Origin: Ignavibacteriota bacterium
GTDB lineage: Bacteria > Bacteroidota > Ignavibacteria > UBA10030 > CAVZMI01
Length of the DNA: 64,000 nucleotides
Direction of reading: 5' to 3'
NCBI GenBank assembly: GCA_963776275.1
Contig: CAVZMI010000032.1
Coordinates: 1 to 64,000 of the forward strand
Below the pieces are notes generated by a model, which did no database searches, was not told the DNA's origin, and worked only from the letters and a program-made list of their open reading frames with translations. How positions within the stretch are numbered: position 1 is the stretch's first letter; every line of letters begins with the position of its first letter. Position numbers and translations under genes: made by a program. Of the stretch, positions 49,674-60,677 are shown one piece after another.

Positions 49674-50729
49674 TTATTTTAAAATCGGATAATGAATTTT
49701 TGGTTCTTTTACAGTGACCCATGGTAATTTATCTAATGTAAGGACTTCCTCACACTCGTAAATCGCCCGAAATGCCTGGAACCCTTGAAAGCCGCCTGCA
49801 TCACCCCAGGCCATAAACCATGTCCACCGCGGCTGTGCACGGAGGTTTTCGGGAGTTGGCACCGCACCAACTTCACCCAATGCAATCGGTTTGTCACCTG
49901 CCAGAGCTAAAAGCTGATCATAATCGTTTTGAGCATACCCGTTTCGATAGACATCCATCGCAAAAATATCAACTACATCCTGTCCCGGGAAATATTTGGC
50001 GAACGGATCGAGATTTTCACGCAGCTCATTAGCATTGAACACCCAGATTAAATTGTTCAAGCCGTGAAAATTCACAAGCCGATCAAAAAGCATGCGATAT
50101 AATGTTTTATAGCCGCTTTCCCCTTCTTTCTTCCCCCACCAGAACCAATCGCCGTTCATTTCATGGTAAGGACGCCAGAGCACCGGTACGCCGGCATTCC
50201 TTAATTGTTTCAGAAACCATGCAATCACATCAACCTGAGATTTCCAGCGCTCGTTGATCTCGGTTCCGGGTGTGATCAGATCCTGCCATTCCCGTTCTGT
50301 GAGTTTTCCCATAATAGATTGCTGGAAATCTACAGGCTCTTCTTCGATCGGACGTACCGCATGCCACATGAGTGTAATAATGAATCCTTCACTGTTTCTC
50401 CTGATCGCTTCGTCCACAATCTGTTGACGGTAGTTGATGCCATCCCATGTTCCCGGTTCGCTGAATCCGAAATCCTGTCCGAAGACGGCAGGGTAGCGCT
50501 TAGTCATTTTCTGAACACCGGCGAGCCGTATAGAACCGTACAGCGGGTTACAGTGCTGACCCGTAAGCGTATGATTTCCGGAAATGCTGTATATATATTG
50601 CAGCAGTCTTACAGCTTCAGGTGATGGATTTGGCGTCACCGGCCTGACGGAATTATCACCGCTGAAGAGAGAGAATGTATTAAAAAATAATGCTAGATAA
50701 ATTCCAGAGATTATTTTTATGGTACTCAA
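49674..50729 (-). CDS. Glycoside hydrolase family 26 beta-mannanase
   Basis: 'VLWRPYHEMNGDWFWWG', 'DKPIALGEVG', 'WTWFMAW'. Confidence 0.93.
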   Translation of the reverse strand: MSTIKIISGIYLALFFNTFSLFSGDNSVRPVTPNPSPEAVRLLQYIYSISGNHTLTGQHCNPLYGSIRLAGVQKMTKRYPAVFGQDFGFSEPGTWDGINYRQQIVDEAIRRNSEGFIITLMWHAVRPIEEEPVDFQQSIMGKLTEREWQDLITPGTEINERWKSQVDVIAWFLKQLRNAGVPVLWRPYHEMNGDWFWWGKKEGESGYKTLYRMLFDRLVNFHGLNNLIWVFNANELRENLDPFAKYFPGQDVVDIFAMDVYRNGYAQNDYDQLLALAGDKPIALGEVGAVPTPENLRAQPRWTWFMAWGDAGGFQGFQAFRAIYECEEVLTLDKLPWVTVKEPKIHYPILK

Positions 50730-50781
50730 GGATAAACCTCCTCTTATGAATAAATAACAGAATATTTTCGATCACAGATCT

Positions 50782-52210
50782 TTATTTTAACAACATTGCC
50801 TTCATCGTTCGAGTTGAATATATACCGCTCCGATCCCGCGAGGTTAATCGAAAAAGATACATACCGCTGGAAAACTTAGAAGCATCCCAGATAATCTGGT
50901 GAGGTTCGTCTTCCCTCTACATCGTTGATCAGTGTGGCGATTTCCCGACCCAGAGCATCGTACACTTTCAACGATACATTAAATCTTGATCCCGCGCCCG
51001 CTATCTGATATCTGATCACAGTTGTCGGATTAAACGGGTTCGGAAAATTCTGGTACAGAGCGAACATATCCGGCAGAGCACCATCGTCATTCGTAAAAAT
51101 TCCTCTTCCGTGTATGGCATTCTGAGAAGTTCCCCAATCGATTGTGTTTATGACAGCAATAAGCGTATCGGCGATTTTGTGATGAGTACTGACATTGGGG
51201 TGTCCTTTATTCACATAGCCATCGTTATAATAGGGGAACCATGCATAAAAGACATCACTATTGCCCACCTCATTTTCCTGATCGACAATTTCCGATATGG
51301 TTGACTTAAGCCATTCCGGATGAGCCGAGACGGCCAGAATTTTCGTACCGGGATATAGGGACCTGATCGTATCGATAAATTCATGATATCGCGTTTGAAA
51401 GAAAGTTTTATTTTGGTTCGGTATGGTTAAACTATCATATCCGTGCCAGCTGTTGAAATCATTCAGTCCGAGACAGATGACAACCAAGTCGGGAATCCAT
51501 TGTCCGAAATTCCATTTCGGCAGACTGATATACTCGAGCGCACGGTCGAAAATAGCGGGCAAATTGTTGCTCGTGTTCCCCTGCCAATCCTGTATAAGAC
51601 CGAAACCTGATGCACTTGTCAAATGAAATTGTGCATCATAATATCTAGCAATGATCGCTCCAAAGCCTTCATCAATGTTGGTATACGAATCGTCTGGAGG
51701 GGCTGAGTCGTTCGAAGTCCATTCATTCCCGGAGGCGCAGGTGAATGAATCGCCGATAAACTCGATTTTCTTTGCTGGTTTTTGTTTCGGCGTCAGGAGA
51801 TTTTTTCCATCGTCAAGGACGAATCCATTGAATGTAAATTTTCCCCAGTTAGTCTCATTCCTTTTCGTCACGCGGATCGTATGATGGCCGTCCGAAAGAC
51901 CCGATCGCAACGTGTAAGAAGCGGTTGTAAATATTGTGGGATGGAATACAAATTTGATTGTATCGTCAATAGTAACATTGTAGTAACAAAAATTGTCGGT
52001 CATCCTGATTCCGATGCTTGTTCCTTCGAACTCGGCATATACAGAGACGCCGGGCCATGAATGTGTCGGAGCTGTTGGAACGCTGAAATCCCATCTTCCA
52101 AAATATTGTATGTTCGGATCACTCGCGGGAACGATGTTTGTGGAGTACGATAGATTGCAGAAAACTATGAGCAACACTGCAGCGGACATAAAGATGTATA
52201 AGCTCCTCAT
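50782..52210 (-). CDS. CE2-like SGNH acetylesterase with T9SS CTD (frameshift near 50915)
   Basis: 'IQYFGRW', 'IEFIGDSFT', 'PDLVVICLGLND', 'GHP'; NFPNPFNPTT CTD whose end (MKAMLLK*) is in another frame. Confidence 0.85.
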
Positions 52211-52779
52211 ATATCCTCCCTTCTGATGAAATCCATTCATTTTTAACCGACTTTGATGATCGGCTTCTTGACGTAAATGTTTCAAAATAACTCTTTTATT
52301 CCTTCGTTTCAATCTATCGACTCTAATCAATTAATAAATTCTAAACACATGACACAGATTGAAGTTTTTACTACAACGACCAGACAATTCTACAATATAT
52401 TCTTCCATGGATAATAAGTAGACCATAACTTTATATATTTATTCGGAGAAACCGTATTATAATACGAATATAGCTGGCACATTTTTTGCAATACTTTTAT
52501 AAAGAATGGAATGATTTTTCAGGAATGGGAAGAGTACTTCATATCGAAAAGACCGAGTGTTGTAAGTTTTTCCAGCTATCATTAAGAATCGTGCAGTAAT
52601 TAAATTCTCTGCGACTCTTGCACGAAATGGTGTAATGTGACGTTCTCAGTAGAATATTAGCGAATGTAAAACTGCGGCAGTCGTTGCAATTATCACATTT
52701 CATGGCAATATAATTTTTGAAGCGATTTTCATATCTTACGTAATATGAGAAAATATTCTTAAATTACAGACGTTGACTA

Positions 52780-55374
52780 ATGAAAAATATTTTCAGAGGA
52801 TTAATCTTGTGTCGTATGACTTATAATAGATATACGAATACCATACTCCCAGTAATTGTCATGACTTTTGTAATCGGATTCATGTCGCAGGTCTATGCTC
52901 TTGATCCTCATAAAACTATTAATCAATACGGCCATAATGTCTGGATGCGAAAAAATGGTTTACCGGCAAATGCAATAAATGTCGCTCTTCAGACTCATGA
53001 TGGTTACTTCTATATCGGGACATCGACAGGTTTATTTCGTTTTGACGGCGTACACTTCAGTGAGGTGAATATTAATCCACATGATAGCGTAGCGGATGAA
53101 AAGATATCTGCTTTATGCGAAACAAGAGATGGGAGTCTTTGGATCGGCACAACATATAATGGATTGCGCTGCATTAAGGATGGAAAAGTCATTCTATATG
53201 GACAAAACGAAGGGTTGACGGAGATAGAGATTAAGAGACTATTTGAAAGCCGCGCCAGACATTTTTGGGTGGGCACGGCTCATGGACTCTTTCTGTTCAG
53301 TGAGGGAAAGTTCAAACAAGTACCTATAAATCCCGCCTACATAACCAGCATTGCCGAAGATGCTCAAGGAAGAATTTGGATTGGGACACATGCAGGTGTG
53401 CGAATTTTTAAGGATGACGATGGGTCAGAGATCTTCAATTTTACATCTGCTGACGGTTTACCCAATAATATAACTTCATCCATCTGTGTCGATCGAAAAT
53501 CAAATGTTTGGATTGGAACTGAAGATGGATTGGCGTGTTGGAAAAACGGTCTGCTAACAACCTACACAACAAAAAATAGATTGTCAAATAATCATATTAC
53601 CACGATTTATGAAGACAAGGATGGCAACCTCTGGGTAGGAACGCGTAATGGCCTTAATCGTTTTTATAATAAACAATGGATTACATTCACAAATTCGGAC
53701 GGCCTTACAAATAATTTTATTTTATCATTTGTTGAAGATCATGAAGGAAGTCTTTGGGTTTGTACCTTGGAAGGATTGGATCATTTCAGAGATGTGAACG
53801 TCACTTCATACACCATGAAAGAGGGGCTTGCCAACGACTACCTTTCCAGTGTTGTTGAAACACCGGATAGAAGTCTGTATTTTCTCAGTAATTCGGATAT
53901 CAGTATTACACGATTGAAGAATGGCAAATTCACAAAATTTTCTAATCAAGTTGGGACCGCCTTTGTCTCACGCGACAGCAGCCTCTGGATTGGCCAAAAC
54001 GGATTACTCTTCAATATTAAAAACGATCAAATTAAAAAATTCGATACAACCACCGGTCTACCCGCCAAATGGATTTCGGCAATCACGGAAGATGATAAAG
54101 GTCTTATAATCTATGTTGATAATATCGGCATTCGGCGGTTCATGAATGGACAATTGAAACCTTACTTGATGAAAGACGGGCAACCATATCCTAATAATGA
54201 ATACGTAGTATGTCTTTACGCACAATCAGACGGAACATTATGGGCAGGTACAACACGTGGGTTAGTAAGGATACATGACGGGTATAGTACAACGTTTACA
54301 ACAAAAAATGGATTGGCAGGTAATTGGATCAGTTCTATTTCTGATGATGGACAGGGGAGTGTTTGGATAACTTCGCCACATGGAGGTTTTACACGTTACA
54401 GGGATGGAAAGTTTACTGCATATACCAACAAAGTTGGATTGTTCACCAACGAAATATACTGTGCTATTTTTGACGACCAGGGAGATATTTGGCTGAGTAG
54501 TCCACGAGGAATAGGGCATATTAAGCATCAGGAACTCGATGACTTTGCCGAGGGTCGATTGAACGCCATTCATTCAGAAATATTTTTAATGGTGGATGGA
54601 ATGAAAACAGATGAATGTTTCGGTGAATGGCAACCTGCCGGTTGGAAAACGCACGACGGCCATATTTGGTTTGCCACAAAGAAAGGGGCAGTGATGATTG
54701 ATCCGAAAGCAATCAAGAAGAACTCACTTTCCCCACCGGTGATAATCGAGAATGTTATAGTAAATCAGCAAAGAGCAAGTATAAATCAGTTCACTAAACT
54801 TGCCCCTGGCTCAGATAAAATTGAATTTCATTATGCAGCATTGAGTTTTCTCGTGCCGGAACGGGTGCTGTTTAAATATAAGCTTGAAGGATATGATTCG
54901 GATTGGATCGAAGCAGGAACCAGGCGAGTCGCATACTATACGAACCTACCGCCCGGCAATTACCATTTCAAGGTAATAGCATGTAACAATGACGGACTCT
55001 GGAACGAGGCAGGAGCGCATTACGGATTCAGACTTGAACCGTTTTTCTATCAGACATACTGGTTCTATGCACTTCTGGTGCTTGTGATCGGTGGAACCGT
55101 GTACGGTTTTTTCAGGCTGAGATTATGGCAGCACGTAAGGAAAGAGAAGGAATTGCAGGAGCATATACACGAAGCGCTAGCAAATATCAAAATGTTAAAC
55201 GGATTAATTCCGATATGCTCAAGATGTAAGAAAATTCGAGACGACAAGGGGTATTGGGACCAACTCGAAGAATATATCGAGACACACTCCGATGCAACAT
55301 TTTCACACGGTATTTGTCCCGATTGTGCGAAAGAATTATATCCGGATATGGTTTCAAAAATGAAGAAAATATAG
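52780..55374 (+). CDS. Reg_prop beta-propeller + Y_Y_Y sensor protein with C-terminal Cys-rich motif, no histidine kinase
   Basis: Repeated 'GL.NN.I.SI.ED.DG.LWVGT'; 'FKYKLEGYD.DW...AYYTNLPPGNYHF.V'; one TM; 'IPICSRCKKIRDD...SHGICPDC'. Confidence 0.85.
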   Translation: MKNIFRGLILCRMTYNRYTNTILPVIVMTFVIGFMSQVYALDPHKTINQYGHNVWMRKNGLPANAINVALQTHDGYFYIGTSTGLFRFDGVHFSEVNINPHDSVADEKISALCETRDGSLWIGTTYNGLRCIKDGKVILYGQNEGLTEIEIKRLFESRARHFWVGTAHGLFLFSEGKFKQVPINPAYITSIAEDAQGRIWIGTHAGVRIFKDDDGSEIFNFTSADGLPNNITSSICVDRKSNVWIGTEDGLACWKNGLLTTYTTKNRLSNNHITTIYEDKDGNLWVGTRNGLNRFYNKQWITFTNSDGLTNNFILSFVEDHEGSLWVCTLEGLDHFRDVNVTSYTMKEGLANDYLSSVVETPDRSLYFLSNSDISITRLKNGKFTKFSNQVGTAFVSRDSSLWIGQNGLLFNIKNDQIKKFDTTTGLPAKWISAITEDDKGLIIYVDNIGIRRFMNGQLKPYLMKDGQPYPNNEYVVCLYAQSDGTLWAGTTRGLVRIHDGYSTTFTTKNGLAGNWISSISDDGQGSVWITSPHGGFTRYRDGKFTAYTNKVGLFTNEIYCAIFDDQGDIWLSSPRGIGHIKHQELDDFAEGRLNAIHSEIFLMVDGMKTDECFGEWQPAGWKTHDGHIWFATKKGAVMIDPKAIKKNSLSPPVIIENVIVNQQRASINQFTKLAPGSDKIEFHYAALSFLVPERVLFKYKLEGYDSDWIEAGTRRVAYYTNLPPGNYHFKVIACNNDGLWNEAGAHYGFRLEPFFYQTYWFYALLVLVIGGTVYGFFRLRLWQHVRKEKELQEHIHEALANIKMLNGLIPICSRCKKIRDDKGYWDQLEEYIETHSDATFSHGICPDCAKELYPDMVSKMKKI

Positions 55375-55785
55375 GCGTTATCGACTTCGTAGCACCTTTA
55401 CCTATACAGAGGCGATTCTTTTTCCTCAATTCACCTTAATACAGCGATTGTTTGAAGATATCAGTCCCTGCAACGAACGGATCTTGTTTTCTAAGGCTTA
55501 TATGAGAGATGAAGAAGATACTCCTATCTTAAGTTTAATATGATCCCTGAGATTGTATCCGTGCATTTTCAATTTCCGACCATCAAAATCCAGATTAGGG
55601 ACATATGACGCTGAAAATTTTTGATATGCCGGCGTACAAATTTGCCTTGTTAATGGGCACTTTATTCGTTCGCCTCATAAAAAATCTTGTTATAATAAAG
55701 ATAACAATGATTGTTGCCGAATATATATAATGAGGGGGTATAGCCGGGCAAAACCACAGCGATTAATGGGTAATACATAATTATT

Positions 55786-58371
55786 ATGCAGAGTCATATG
55801 CCGAAAAGCAAATATAAACGAGCGGTGCTCTTAGTATTCGCAATGTTGTTTATATTCGGAGCGATATCGCCGATCTTCGCACTCGATCCCCAAAAAACTA
55901 TTAATCAATACGGACACACTGTCTGGATACGCCAAAATGGTCTACCGGCAACTGCCGTGAACGTAGTACTGCAGACCCATGATGGTTGCATCTGGTTTGG
56001 TACGTCGGCGGGTTTGTTTCGTTTTGACGGTGTCAGCTTCAAACAGGTGAGCACAAATCCGGAAAATTCTCAATCGAACGAATCAGTTACTTCATTATGT
56101 GAAACAAGAGACAGCAGTCTCTGGATCGGAACGGGGTATAATGGTCTACGTCGCTATAAGAATGGCAAGATGTATAATTACGGCTCGAAGGAAGGTTTTT
56201 ACGATATTCAAATTCGACAACTAGTTGAAAGCCGAACCGGATCTCTCCTCATAGGTACTTCCAATGGTTTCTATGCGTTCAGCAATGGCGTATTTAGACC
56301 CCTTCTTCTTATTCCTAATTATATATCCGGTGTTGCTGAAGATTCACTGGGAAGAATTTGGGTTGGAACACATCTTGGCGTACGAATCATTGACGAGTCT
56401 GACCCGACAAAAGTCGTCTGGCTTACAACCAAAAACGGATTACCACAAAATGTGACTTCATACATTTATACGGATCGACAGGCAAACGTGTGGGTCGGAA
56501 CATACAGTGGATTAGCCATATGGAAGGACGGTAAGTTTACAATATATAATGTGAACAATGGCTTGTCGGATAATTTCATACTTGTAATCTATCAAGACAG
56601 GGACGGCAACGTTTGGGTTGGAACCCATAAAGGACTCAATCGATTTTATGGAGGCAAATGGACAAGCTACATAGATTCAGATGGCCTGACCGATAACAAT
56701 GTTGTATCACTCACAGAAGATCATGAAGGCGGACTCTGGGTTTGCACTTCAAATGGACTCAATCTATTCAAAAACGTCAACATCACTACATTCACAACTT
56801 ACGAAGGACTTCCGAGTAACAACATTTCAAGTATCATTGAAACATCGGATAAAAGCCTATACTTCTTTAGTAATGAAAGATCATACATTACCCGATTTAT
56901 AAATGGGAAGATCACCAAACGTGGCATACAAATCGGTCCCCTTTTTGCAGGACCGGTTTATTCGGCACGAGACGGGAGTCTGTGGATTGGTCAGAACGGA
57001 TTACTTTTCAACATCAAGAATGGAAAAGTCAAACGCTATGATGCTACAACAGGATTACCCTTAAAATGGATTCCTGCAATTACTGAAGACGATAAAAGTC
57101 TAATTTTATACATCGACCACAAAGGTATCTTTAGATTCGTTAATGGACGGTTGACGCCTTATTTAATGAAAGACGGAAAACAATATCCTGCCGAAGAATA
57201 TGTGGTATGTTTTTACCAACAACATGATAATCTTTTGTGGATCGGGGCCGCTAGCTGGCTGATGAAAGTAGAGAATGGAGAAGCTACAACTTATACAATT
57301 AAAGACGGGCTGGCCGGTAACTGGGTCACTTCTATTTATGACGATCGACAAGGGAATCTCTGGATCAGTTCACCCCAAGGCGGTCTCACGCGATACAAGA
57401 ACGGTAAATTCACTGCATACAGCAAGAAGGCGGGTCTATTCACTGATGAAATATATTGCGTGTTAGGCGACGATCAGGGCGATCTATGGTTGAGCAGTCC
57501 GGTGGGCATCGGGCGCGTCAGCTGCAAGGAACTCGATGATTACGCCGAAGGACGGACAAACATCATTCATTCACAGGTCTATGAAATCGCTGACGGGATG
57601 AAAACGGATGAGTGCTTTGGAGAATATCAGCCTGCAGGATGGAAAACACACGACGGCCATATATGGTTTGCGACGAGGATTGGTGCAGTAATGATTGATC
57701 CCAAAACGTTCAAGAAAAACGAACTCCAGCCACCGGTGTTGATCGAGCATGTCACTGTGGATCAACAGATAGTACCACCCGACCGTTTCATTAGTCTTCC
57801 GGCTGGTACACAAAAGTTGGAATTTCATTACACCGCACTCAGTTTCCTTATGCCTTCAAGAGTGTTATTCAAGTATAAGCTTGAAGGATACGATCATGAT
57901 TGGGTAGATGCAGGTACAAGACGTGTGGCTTATTATACAAATCTTCCGCACGGTGATTATCGTTTTCATGTGATGGCATGTAACAACGACGGATTATGGA
58001 ATGAGGTCTGCGCAGACTTCGGTTTTAAACTTGAGCCGCACTTCTATGAAATGTACTGGTTCTATGCACTCGTATTGATTGCATTGGGAGGAATCATCTA
58101 CGGCTTTATCCGATTACGATTATGGCAGCATATAAAGAAAGAGAAAGAGCTGCAGGATCGCATCCAGGAGGCACTCACCAATCTTAAAATATTGGGAGGT
58201 CTTGTTCCGATTTGCGCCAATTGCAGGAAGATTCGAGACGACAAAGGGTATTGGGACCAATTGGAAGAATATGTCCAGACCCATTCAGATGTGAGATTTT
58301 CACACAGCATCTGTCCCGAATGTGCAAAAAAATTGTATCCTGATATGATTTTAAAAAAGAAGAAAACGTGA
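55786..58371 (+). CDS. Tandem paralogue of the kinase-less propeller/Y_Y_Y sensor
   Basis: Collinear with 52780-55374; ends 'VPICANCRKIRDDKGYW...SHSICPEC'. Confidence 0.85.
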   Translation: MQSHMPKSKYKRAVLLVFAMLFIFGAISPIFALDPQKTINQYGHTVWIRQNGLPATAVNVVLQTHDGCIWFGTSAGLFRFDGVSFKQVSTNPENSQSNESVTSLCETRDSSLWIGTGYNGLRRYKNGKMYNYGSKEGFYDIQIRQLVESRTGSLLIGTSNGFYAFSNGVFRPLLLIPNYISGVAEDSLGRIWVGTHLGVRIIDESDPTKVVWLTTKNGLPQNVTSYIYTDRQANVWVGTYSGLAIWKDGKFTIYNVNNGLSDNFILVIYQDRDGNVWVGTHKGLNRFYGGKWTSYIDSDGLTDNNVVSLTEDHEGGLWVCTSNGLNLFKNVNITTFTTYEGLPSNNISSIIETSDKSLYFFSNERSYITRFINGKITKRGIQIGPLFAGPVYSARDGSLWIGQNGLLFNIKNGKVKRYDATTGLPLKWIPAITEDDKSLILYIDHKGIFRFVNGRLTPYLMKDGKQYPAEEYVVCFYQQHDNLLWIGAASWLMKVENGEATTYTIKDGLAGNWVTSIYDDRQGNLWISSPQGGLTRYKNGKFTAYSKKAGLFTDEIYCVLGDDQGDLWLSSPVGIGRVSCKELDDYAEGRTNIIHSQVYEIADGMKTDECFGEYQPAGWKTHDGHIWFATRIGAVMIDPKTFKKNELQPPVLIEHVTVDQQIVPPDRFISLPAGTQKLEFHYTALSFLMPSRVLFKYKLEGYDHDWVDAGTRRVAYYTNLPHGDYRFHVMACNNDGLWNEVCADFGFKLEPHFYEMYWFYALVLIALGGIIYGFIRLRLWQHIKKEKELQDRIQEALTNLKILGGLVPICANCRKIRDDKGYWDQLEEYVQTHSDVRFSHSICPECAKKLYPDMILKKKKT

Positions 58372-58422
58372 GCGTTAGCGACTTCATAGCACCTTTACAT
58401 ATATAGAGGCGATTCTTTTTCC

Positions 58423-60129
58423 TCACTTCACCTTATATACAGCGTAGGAGATCCCCGGCACATCCAGGCTTACGATTTTATTTTTCCTTGATATTTTTAT
58501 CGCTTTCCCTACCAGTAGCTGCAGCTTTTTATATTCTATGTTCATCTGGAATTCCGCCGATGCATCCTTATCGGCCGGATTTAGAATCATCAGAATCACA
58601 TCTTTTCCGTTGGCTCTGGCATAAATAAAGGGATATGTATTTTCTTTTGCATATAGCGGTACAAACTCGGCATATGCAGCCAGAGCAGGCTCTTTATGCT
58701 TCAATTGTATCAGTTTCCTAACCCGGTTCAGCAGCGAATTCGGATCTTTATCCTGCCTTTCAATATTGGGTGCGTTGTTTGTCGTATCCACAGGCAAATA
58801 CAGATTCGAAAAATCAGCTGCAGAAAAACCGCAGTTCTTACCCGACGTCCATTGCATTGGAGTGCGGGCACCTGAGCGTGGTTTGTAGGCGCCTTCAATT
58901 TGGGGCATGTCGGCCAATTGACGCATACCTATTTCATTTCCATAATAAATAAATGGCACGCCGGGCATGGTTATCCCGAATGCCATAATCATTTCAAGTT
59001 CATCGGTGGTCCGGTTTATATTCAACCGTGCGTTATCGTGGTTCCCGAGAGGCAGCAGAATATATCCCTTGGTTTTTGTGTCATTGTATTGATCCATGTA
59101 TTTCGAAAGGAAATTAGCTATGTTCCCCTTTCCTTCCTTATCGAAAAAACTGTGCCCTTCGGAATATCCGTTCAGAATGCGCCAGCTTTCTTTTTGCATA
59201 AGATCGTTGTAGCCGTCGAACCAGTGGAAAAAATCGGCGTGGAAGGCACCGTCAAGCGCGTCTTTCGGATACGACCATTCTGATACCATAAATGCCTGGG
59301 GGTATTTCGTTTTCACAATCTGACGAATCTCGGTCCAGAATTTTTTTGTATCTCCATTTACATCGCTGCCTTTCACCAACGCACCGGCCATATCTGCGCG
59401 TATACCGTCGGCGCCCATGTCCATCCAGAAGCAGAATACTTTTTTTAACTCCTCGCGCATCGCTAGAATGTCTGGATGGTTGACCGGCAGCTGCCATTTT
59501 TTTGTCGAATCGGGTTTACCGAAACCAAAGTTGAGCGCCGGCTGCGACCAGTAGAAATTCCGCATAAAATTTCCATTACGTTGTCCGTAACCCTGAATAA
59601 ATCTGTTACAGTACTCGCCTTCGTCCATCTTCCATACATTATCTGTCCATACATACCAGTTCGAATATTTATTCTGTTGTTGTTTGCATGATTCAATGAA
59701 CCACGGATGATCAATGGCAGTGTAGGTTATGACATAATCGAAAATCACTCTTAAACCGCGTTTGTGCGCTTCTTCAAACAGCCGTTTTGCATCATCGTTT
59801 GTTCCGTAACGGGGCGCCACTTTATAATAATTTCGAATATCATAACCTGCATCATTAAACGGCGAGTCAAAAAACGGATTAATCCAAATGCCGTCGACCC
59901 CGAGGCTTTTAACGTAATCCAATTTTTGAATGATACCGTTCAAATCGCCTATACCGTCGCCATTTGAATCGTAGAAGGTTTGCGGGTAAATCTGGTAAAA
60001 CACCGCGTGATGAAGCCATGCAGGACCATCGGGGATGGTGCATAATCCGGTTATATCAGCTCCTTGCCCATATGCAGGAGCAAATCCAATGAATATGTAT
60101 ATAGCAACAAGAATTAATTTCTTATTCAT
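58423..60129 (-). CDS. GH13 alpha-amylase family glycosidase
   Basis: 'FYQIYPQTFYDSNGDGIGDLNG', 'DGIRADMA', 'SEW', 'NHD', 'PFIYYGNEIGM', 'RTPMQW'. Confidence 0.92.
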   Translation of the reverse strand: MNKKLILVAIYIFIGFAPAYGQGADITGLCTIPDGPAWLHHAVFYQIYPQTFYDSNGDGIGDLNGIIQKLDYVKSLGVDGIWINPFFDSPFNDAGYDIRNYYKVAPRYGTNDDAKRLFEEAHKRGLRVIFDYVITYTAIDHPWFIESCKQQQNKYSNWYVWTDNVWKMDEGEYCNRFIQGYGQRNGNFMRNFYWSQPALNFGFGKPDSTKKWQLPVNHPDILAMREELKKVFCFWMDMGADGIRADMAGALVKGSDVNGDTKKFWTEIRQIVKTKYPQAFMVSEWSYPKDALDGAFHADFFHWFDGYNDLMQKESWRILNGYSEGHSFFDKEGKGNIANFLSKYMDQYNDTKTKGYILLPLGNHDNARLNINRTTDELEMIMAFGITMPGVPFIYYGNEIGMRQLADMPQIEGAYKPRSGARTPMQWTSGKNCGFSAADFSNLYLPVDTTNNAPNIERQDKDPNSLLNRVRKLIQLKHKEPALAAYAEFVPLYAKENTYPFIYARANGKDVILMILNPADKDASAEFQMNIEYKKLQLLVGKAIKISRKNKIVSLDVPGISYAVYKVK

Positions 60130-60132
60130 TTT

Positions 60133-60582
60133 TTATCTCTTCAATTTTATTGTCATTGCTTTTTGTCTGTAGGTAATGATCTTATCAGGATTCGCGGTAC
60201 TTTCAACACCAACTCCATGATCAGCACCCACAAGCACAATGTGAAAGGTGCGCTGCACCGGTGCTCCATGATATGATCCTATCTGTGCACCCAAGGTAAG
60301 CATTTTCCTTTCTTCATTCCACCGGATCGGAATTTGAATACAGAGATGCTTTTCATAATCATATGTATCGCCCTCATCGTCATACAGGGTGAACTCGGCA
60401 TCCTCACCGGTGTAGAATGTATCCGATGCTGAAATACGGACGCGCACAACAACCGGCGAGAAAAAAGTGATTCTAATTTTGTACTTCCCGATATCGAATA
60501 CTTCCGTCGAATGTCCGGAGAAGACATTCCCTTGACAGAGTACTGTCAGACAGAAGATCCACGATACTATTCTTCTGCTCAT
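60133..60582 (-). pseudogene. Internally deleted GH31-type glycosidase remnant (signal peptide + N-terminal strands fused to DUF5110-like C-terminal domain)
   Basis: 'IRITFFSPVVVRVR' joined directly to 'YTGEDAEFTLYDDEGDTYDYEK...IPIRWNE...LTLG...GSY'; no catalytic barrel. Confidence 0.65.
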
Positions 60583-60677
60583 AATTGATTCTTGGCAATA
60601 AGAGTTGTATAATAATATAATGAACTCTAAAATATAATCCTACCATCCAATAATAAAAAAGCAATCCTGAGGGCGAT

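Noticed and set aside
55187-58426. Two similar 80-aa reverse-strand ORFs (MRKKNRL...)
   Set aside because: They are antisense to the conserved sensor C-termini and the duplicated 3' segment, so the similarity is a by-product.
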